In this document: positions 13,801 through 21,200 of the stretch, in pieces
Layout of the letters: the number at the start of each line of letters is the position of its first letter
Position numbering within the stretch: position 1 is the first letter of the stretch
Source of the DNA: Nemertoderma westbladi
Taxonomy: Eukaryota > Animalia > Xenacoelomorpha
DNA: 64,000 nucleotides
Direction of reading: 5' to 3'
Assembly (NCBI GenBank): GCA_032718475.1
Contig: JAUCBJ010002701.1
Span: 6,047-70,046 of the forward strand
Notes under the pieces: generated by a model
Database searches by the model: none
What the model was told of the DNA's origin: nothing
The model's input: only the letters and a program-made list of their open reading frames with translations
Program-made: the position numbers and the translations under genes

Positions 13801-14545
13801 GCGCCTCTAGATCCTTGTAGGCTCGGTACAGCGAAATGGCCGCTGCCGTCTCTATCAAACTGGGTGTCGAACAGGGTTTAATCTCCATATACGGATCTAA
13901 TGTCGTAACGGTCGGCGTAATGGGTCTCGGAGGTCGCTTTCCGCTAAAGTCGATACTGATCATCGGGTTGCTCATCGGGTAACCTCCCTCGTTGTATCTA
14001 AGGAACTGGTGAGCTGGACATCGCGTTAATATCGGTTCCGGATGTTGCTCGTCTAATCGGTCGGGAATCGCCACGTCTTGCTTATTCATGCATTCACCAC
14101 ACTTGTAGAACAGCTTGTACACGCTGAAGACTTTCGGCGTCTCCTGATCCTCGCCTCGAGTCCTCCGGTATAGATGCATCCCGTCGAACTGATCTCGGAC
14201 TGCAGGTAGAGGTTCTTCGTGTCGTAAATACATATTCATATGGTACAGTCGTGCGATCTCCTCATCCGGATCTGCACTAATGTCACATACGTCCAAAGCG
14301 AAGTCGTAAGGATACCGCGTGCGATATTCTCTCCGCAAAACTTCCATCCGGTCCCCCAACGCTCTCATTCTTTCCCTCCGTAATTCCTTATCATAAGTCG
14401 GCTTATATTTTCCATTTAGCTCCATCACGGACCGCCCATGGTAGTAAACGTTAGAGTCTTTACATCCTGGTCGCGCGAATGGTAGCTCCGCCTCCTCTCT
14501 GGCAGTAAATCCTCTGCGCGGTTGCGCTCTAATATCCCTCTCCAT
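10838..14545 (-). CDS. BEL accessory ORF2, ~1235 aa, triple CCHC zinc-knuckle protein of unknown function
   Basis: Uninterrupted ORF with first ATG at 14545 (the track starts at TTG 14578). Knuckles CKLCGSTRHNLKSC, CRWCNETDHSFHTC and CGYCGVKGHRSARC lie at 11705-11878; basic RG-rich tail; no obvious signal peptide or TM helix. Confidence 0.9.
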   Translation of the reverse strand: MERDIRAQPRRGFTAREEAELPFARPGCKDSNVYYHGRSVMELNGKYKPTYDKELRRERMRALGDRMEVLRREYRTRYPYDFALDVCDISADPDEEIARLYHMNMYLRHEEPLPAVRDQFDGMHLYRRTRGEDQETPKVFSVYKLFYKCGECMNKQDVAIPDRLDEQHPEPILTRCPAHQFLRYNEGGYPMSNPMISIDFSGKRPPRPITPTVTTLDPYMEIKPCSTPSLIETAAAISLYRAYKDLEARREAARDSGTKPAGLELSSPWTAFTSPHRARSLTPEHQDDIDALRQEERAAKAKELFENRIAEYNKTADRHQEETRRVTGFVPQVVSQPRPVYYSDGTEPAILVDHPESREAIRFLPMVRMADHWNVDCLREVLCAKFLRDVPMQITDYDTLDKIGAPGKESKLFGWLDKYIKVWVAVATFPDDEEVDQTWLRRKGSYTRYDDHKAIERMWTPSDEIQRQWRKTEESLQDWRVMFYDNEGGSHQECLTSKCIQIRAADGVTHVFMRVRADRERPEPIITTQYRKGKDPREQILEVCRRGGMHGAERIDARMLPKKVREAILNQDYVKVGSGVQSDLESDFNTMTDLEDRLPRPFVDTKLLLLWAQDIGIYREYPNSAKTGMGFIAHLLYNWDFKLKTQKKYEEAYGEYNTPPGAEFKSHFKRQALVYWNICAPPRASLQYYLVLESNTVTCLLADIVARVLKRHPLVFGGDQYVRSKGGIQSDVMKRFLTPFFNQSLENMSMVRRGLAIFEGVYRQNIGDLGDRPSMEYPTPEALEKWFGNQTRGFGTPFHSEADRPVKEGWPETLVEVFGVDLPVEKTYPKRTREEILEIEDKGEDVYFVPDRQPLTGEDDIVLDIGKEGSAKPIGDLIYERAWFPQARRCKLCGSTRHNLKSCDAVVEAAHKVCRWCNETDHSFHTCTVFISQCGYCGVKGHRSARCQLRDDSFQNHSANLLREMLDKWESVADYHIQAQMRSLPFKAGYGFWAVDPSHVAYEPYLQSLPQYQELILTAQDLPQNTGVIVVREYFRQLNMDNKYTWNFVAICDRITKGVFTETRKVVRARGDWRMAAIQYRNEFLLTHVPVGSLTAERIQEQRIAATTATTAGAQGSRKEPGGGVQDKRQVKDEHYHSIIEAQRLQRKAQGASEKAHVQLHKEELAEATTGARQLGRGRGRSTSRESVGAQGTSSPVPGSDASRTPSMESTGGRLVYLGRGRKRGASPKNPGAGR

Positions 14546-15299
14546 TATGCCTCGCGTATATACATATATATATCCCAATAAGTGCCGTTACGTAACCAAT
14601 TACACTGTGGGTAAATCAGTTAGATGTCGCCGAAAGACAGACCTCCCGAACCCCCCCGCCTTCCAGCAGTTCAGGTTTGACTCTCTAGATCCCGTCTCTT
14701 CCTAACTAACTATCCTCTAACCTATTCCCATGCATAGCGCAAAAACTTTGGAGATAAACTGGCCGTGACCAACTCACTTTTTGATGCCCAAACTACTCCC
14801 ATTACTCGTACTAAACTACAGTAGTTAGAAAGGACCATAGCCACAATACCCAACTATACCAAACCCACAGGTTTGATAATCGAACATCACACATCCTGCA
14901 AACTACTGAGTGGGGTCCATGTACGCCTCTGGTGCTACTAACCTTTAGCACCTTAGTTGCACTGTTGGCACCAATCCGTGGAAGTTGCTAAACTCAATTT
15001 ACACTCCTACGTAATATAGCCGTCACCATGGTTTCTAAATGCTATTTTCCAGGCTTCACGACTTTTCAAATTACTGTTTTCTATAGACGAATTCTAAAAC
15101 GCGTCTATACACAGCGTCTGGAATTGTCTTGGGTTCACTTTTCTAATTTTAAAATTTTCTAATTTTCCAAAATTTTGAAATAAAATTTTGTTTTGATACC
15201 CACTAGACAAAACTCAACGCAAATCACCACAACCCCGCTCCTATGCATTTCCTTGTATTTGCATACGAGGAATGCATACGAAGTGAGTTGCGTCCAATA

Positions 15300-18200
15300 C
15301 TAATTCTGTTTTGAGACAGGAGACAAATTATAATCTCCCGTCTCGATACGTGTCTCCTCTAATAACACAATATCTTGGACCGGTCGGTCCAAGGTGTGCA
15401 AACCATTAGTTTTACACTTTTTTGGGTGCGGACACTTGCACCTAATTTTCACAGTGACTGTGCGCACTATGTTTTGCACGTCTGGGTGTGTGTGCAAGAT
15501 GACACCTGTCTCCCAATACTTTCTCTTGACAATCGGCTCGGTTATCAATACGTAATCTCCCCTTTGGAGACTCCGAACCGTTTTGTACCACTTTGTTCTG
15601 GTGGATATGGTGGGAAGATAATATTCCCGCCAATATTCCCAGAATGTGTACGCTACTAATTGTGTCACCTTCCAGCTTTTACGACTATATAGGTCGGCAC
15701 TAACGGGTTCTGATGCCGGCACAAGAAATGCTGGACTCTGCATTAACAAATGATTCGGCGTTAATGCAACACCGTCTGGCAACATAGCTATCGGCCTCGA
15801 GTTTAGGGTATGCTCGATTTCAATGAAAGCTGTAACCAGTTCGTCGTCGGTAAGTTGTTTATTTACAGGCAATGTTTTGGCAATGGCCTGTTTTACAGAG
15901 CGAACTAAACGCTCCCAACTTCCTCCTCTCCAAGGACTTTCTGGAGTATTAAATCTCCACTCTACTCTTTGCGGCAAAAGTGCTGCAGAAATTTCCTTAT
16001 TCTGTGCTGCTTTATGAGCCGCGTTTAACTCGCTGTTCCCTCCGACAAAGTTTGTACCCTTATCGGAGTAGAACGCCTTTACTAGTCCTCTCCTGGCCAT
16101 AAATCTCTTTAAGGCCAGGAGCAGAGATTTGGTCGACATGTCTGCCACACGCTCAATGTGTATAGCTCTACTAGCCATACATGTCAGTAGCAGACCCCAT
16201 CGCTTGTGGGTCAGCCATCCACTCTTTGCCTCAATCGGACCAAAACAGTCCACCCCTGTGTTCGTAAAGGGTGGGTCATATGCCTGCACTCTCGCTTCCG
16301 GGAGTTCAGCCATCTCCTGTTCCAATACTCTGGCGTTCACCCTCTTGCAAACCAGACAGGCGTCGTACATAGTGCCTACTGCCCTGATTGGCTGCAATAG
16401 AATGAATCGCTGTCTCGCTGCCGACAAACAGTGTAACTTTCCCGCGTGATGCAACCTCTTGTGTATATCCCATAGAATCGCTCTTTGCAATTCTATTGGG
16501 TGACTAGGGATTATCACTGGGAACCGAAACTGTGAGTTTATGTCGACAGTCTGGATTCTCGATCTATGACAAATCAAACCCTTATGGATTAATAGACTCC
16601 ATTTTCTAAGGGGTTTATAGAGAACTGGTCGTTGAGCCGATAATAGATGGAATTCTTTGGGGAAGGCACACATTTGATAATGCTTCAAATGCTTTAATTC
16701 CGCTTGATCAATCTCATCCTCTGTCAGAGGTTGTTTCAATTTCCGAATTCGCTCACTATTGGTGCTCAATGGTTCTCTCAAATGTTCCGAATGTTTTAAA
16801 CAAAGGTACAAAATGTATCGGCTTAACCACGCAGTTCTTTTACAAATTGTCAGCCAAGAGGCAGACGAATTTAGTAATTTGTCATAAACACTGCATGACA
16901 CTAATGCCAGCGACGGTTGTCCGCTAACTAATGGAAGTTTCGAATCCAAACCCGCAGGTTTGGAAACCAAAGGCTCCATTGTGTCGGTCATTTTCTGTCC
17001 GTCACTTACTAACTGTGACTGTCGTCTAGTCTGTAAGGGTGGTTTTATGTCATAACTTACCCTTCCGGACCTAGTAGTCACGTAAGTCTGTTGGTCTGAC
17101 AGGTCTCCGGGCCGCTCCAATGACTCTTCAGGCCGCTCCAATGACTCTTCAGGCCGCTCCAATGACTCTTCAGGCCGCTCCAATGACTTAAGTTTGGCTT
17201 TAGACTTCGACTTAGAGACTTTCTCCACTTTGACTTCTGCATCTTCAGGCATCGGATTGGTCACTATCTTTAGTCGCTCTGGCCAATGTTCCTGTGTCCT
17301 CGTTAGAAAATCAGGTCCATGCAACCAAAACTCCTGCGACTCTTCCTGACAGAATTCCGCCGGCATTGCACCTCTCGAAGTTATGTCGGCCGGGTTCAAC
17401 ACTCCCGGACAATGTCTCCATTGTTCCTTCGTCGAAAAATCAACGATCTGAGCGCGTCTATTGGCCACAAATGTCTTTAGTGCAATATTGTCGGCCGCAA
17501 TGTATACTAACACCAAGGATGCGTCCGTCCAATAGAATAAGGTCAGTGTCGTGTCTAACTCCTCAGTTATCTGCTTACTTACCTCGACCGAAACTACTGC
17601 CGCCTGTAACTCTGCACGAGGGACAGTCATGTATTTGACCGGCATTGTCTTTGATCTAGAAGTCACAAAGGCCGTCTCAAATTTGTCCTGACTTACCTCT
17701 CGGCGAAGGTAGGCTACCATACCAAAGCCGGTGTCACTTGCATCACTAAATAGGTGGAGCTCTAAATCAGCTGGGAATACCAGCTGATTCGGAAAGTAGG
17801 AACGGGGTACATCTATATTTTTCAATAGATGTAACTCGGCTTCCCACTCCCTCCACTGCTTTGCATGTATAGGAGATATTGGTTCGTCCCACTCTAAGTC
17901 GGACAACCAAATTTTCCTCATGCACGCTCGTGCCTGTAATATAACCGGACTGATAAAGTTCATCGGGTCAAATAGTCTACTTAATGTCGATAAGCAAATC
18001 CTCTTAGTCAAAACTTTGTCTGGGCTACTGGGCTCAAATCTAACTCTTACCTGGAACTTATCTGAGTTCGGGTTCCAAGCGAGTCCCAGTACTCGCGCCA
18101 TGGGGATTGGTTCTACCCCCAATTCTATGTCTCCGCTCCCGCGATCTTTCACCGGGAACGATTCTAATAGGGCCTCCGAGTTCGTAGTGAACTTGGTCAG

Positions 18201-21200
18201 AGGAAATCCCCCTGTAGCCAAGCACTCCTGCAGGCCGTGAGCCACTTCTATGGCTTGTTCCGCTGTGTCCTTGGACACCAATCCGTCGTCCATGTAGAAG
18301 TTTCTCAAGATGGACTCGATAACCTCTACTGGATACTTACCAATCTGGGCTGTTGCCGTTTTCTTTAAAACGAACAGCGTGCCATTCGGACTATCGCGGG
18401 CGCCAAATATCCTAACGTACATTTGGTATGTAACCACTGGGCCGGATAAGTCTTCATTCTCGTACCAGAGAAAGCGAAGGCTATCCTGGTCTGCCTTACA
18501 GGCTCTTACCTGGTGGAACATCGCCTCGATGTCACAAGTAAATGCGAATCGCCGCTGTCTAAAACGTAACAATATTCCAATCAAATAGTTATTCAGGTTG
18601 GGACCATCCATCAACTCTGAATTCAGGGACATACCCCTATAGACTGCTGCGCAGTCGTTGACTACTCGGACTTTGTCTGGCTTGTCGGGGTGAGTCACAT
18701 AGTGGTGTGGAAGGTAATAAGTCTGGTCTGTCACTAAGTCAGGGTCCTCTACCTTCCCAGCAAATCCCTTGGCGAAATAGTTGTTGATCTGGGCGCAATA
18801 CTTCTCCCTAATGTCTGGATTCTTCAACAACCGAGCCCTTACTCCGTTCAATCTTTTCAAGGCTAAGTTATAGTTGTTCTCCAACTTAGGTGGTTGTCGA
18901 CGCCACAACATTCCAACTTCAAAATGTCCAGTCGGTAGTAGACGTATGGTGTCTTCCATCATCTCCAACGACCGTTTCTCATCAGTAGACATGGCTAGGT
19001 CATATCCACCGGGTTCCATTGCGTCCCTATCCAGCCATTCGACGGTTCTGGCTCCTGTCTCGAGGTCCTGGCGTATCAATTCCTTCTGTAGTTCCTCCTC
19101 ACTGTATTGGAAAATGTCGAGGTCTCGATATTTAGCCACCTGACCCTCCACTATGTCGGTATAAGTCAAAACGTTAGTCAAATAGGTAGCGTGGGCCGCT
19201 GAACCAGACCCACGGGTCTGATAACAGTAGTCCTCGGGTTCACTATCTGTCCGGTCGTTATGAAGTGGTTCCGACAACCTAACATTATCGGGAATCAACT
19301 CCTCGTCCGACTCGCTAAAGTCACTATAGTGGTCAATACAGGTTCTCCTAAACTCGTCTATGTCTGGTGGTTCTACTAACGGTGGTTGAGTTATAGGCTG
19401 TAGTTCGTCGTATCTGTTCATTGGCTTGTCGCCACCTGTAAACTCATAAGACATGGGTACTCGTGTATACCAACCTAGTATGGTCCTATGGGCATGTGGT
19501 CCATTGACATGCGGCTCAGCTGGTCTCGTTTCCCATATTTGGTGTGCGATCAGCTGTTCTGCACCAATCAACATAGAAACATTCCTATAACCTACCTGGT
19601 GTCTGGGTATCCTGAGCTTGTCAAAATACTCCTGTGCTATGGGACTCATCGGCGGCACCTTACCTAACTGCCTGCCGAATCCCTTCATAGCTAGACACTT
19701 AAATCCGTCCAATGGCAAAGCTTTCCGTTCTTGTCGAGTGTGTTGGTCTCTCGGAAGTAGGGAGTCTAGTTCTACAGATATCCTGTGTCCCTTGAGGTCA
19801 CCTACCCCGTGCATAGACTTCAACTCTATTTGGATCTCCTCGGCGTCCTGGAAGCTAGAAACGGCTCTCACCACTTCCTCGTCGATATACGATAATGTGG
19901 ACGCAGTGTCCAACATCACATATATCCGCTTCGATCCCTTATCGCCAGTGAGTTTCACCGGAATCACGCTGAATATTTCCGACGTGGCCGATGATAAATA
20001 CGTCCGCGCGCTGGTCGATGAACTATCCGCGGTGAAACCTTGGCAGGTCACTTCTCTCGCGCTCGACTCGCCATCCTCATCCGACGAACCTGGTTGGTAA
20101 CCATCGTCCTGGATGCCAGTGTACGTATTCCTCCTTATCGATACGGGTTCTTTGCTCCCCTTCCTGTGAGGATTTCGCTGTAAGTAATGGTCCGTTGGGG
20201 TATGGAAATCCGCATGTAGCAACTTGTGATGTAGTCTGCCGCATTCCATGCATCCGTCCTTGCTGTTTGGGCACTGCCGCCGTACATGACCTGGCGCAAG
20301 ACAAGCCCAACAGGTGTCCAACGTCCGCACTTGAACTCTTCTTTGTTCCGAATTTAATTCTTTGAACCGTCTGCAACTATCTAACTTATGGTCGTCAGAT
20401 CTTACCTCCTTTAGTAAACAGTATTGGCAACCTACAAATCCATCCGGCAACTCCTGTTGCTTTAACCTAGGTCTATCTAACCGCTCACCTGACCATACTC
20501 GCGAGTCTGATCTAAAGGCTGGGGTACTCGAATTATATCTGTCTACTGAGTTAAATGTCACAGTAGTCCTGTCATCGTCAAAACTTACCATAGACTTACC
20601 GGTAACAGGTTTAGACTCCCTCATATTCTCTTCTGAGAAGTTTGATTTCATCTCTGCTACTGCGTCTGTGGCTATCATGTCATGAATATGCTGAAGTGTC
20701 AATACTTTACCTTGGCTCTCCAACTTATTCTCTAATTTGCGCCATTTCTGTCGATAACGCATGTTTAAACGTCTTATTACGCTCTTTAAAACTTCGGCGT
20801 GATCACCATGATGAGGTAGATTCACCGTCCTCAAGATGTCCAATGCGTTCGAAATAGCGTTCGCTAAGTTCAACAGCTCTAACGGAGTTGTAATCCTTCC
20901 GCCCTTACCCAAGTCTTCTACTATCGACTGCGCCATCTTGGTTTTATTCCCGTAGATGTCACTAAGCGTCTTCATCGCTAACTCAAATGCCCTTTCATTG
21001 CCGACGAAGTTATCAGCAATGGCTCTAGGTTCTCGATGGTGCATCTGAAGCAAATAGTTGAACTTCTCGTTGGGAGTAAAGGTGCTGTTGGTTAGCTGCT
21101 CGTCGACATAGGTTTTGAAAGTCCTCCAATGCTTATGGTTGCCCATAAACTTCTGGGGTTGTTGCGTCGGCAGTCCTTGCCTAGCAGCAAACTTACCTAT

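Noticed and set aside
10838-14578. ORF2 as an envelope gene
   Set aside because: No signal peptide or TM anchor visible; CCHC knuckles point to nucleic-acid binding.
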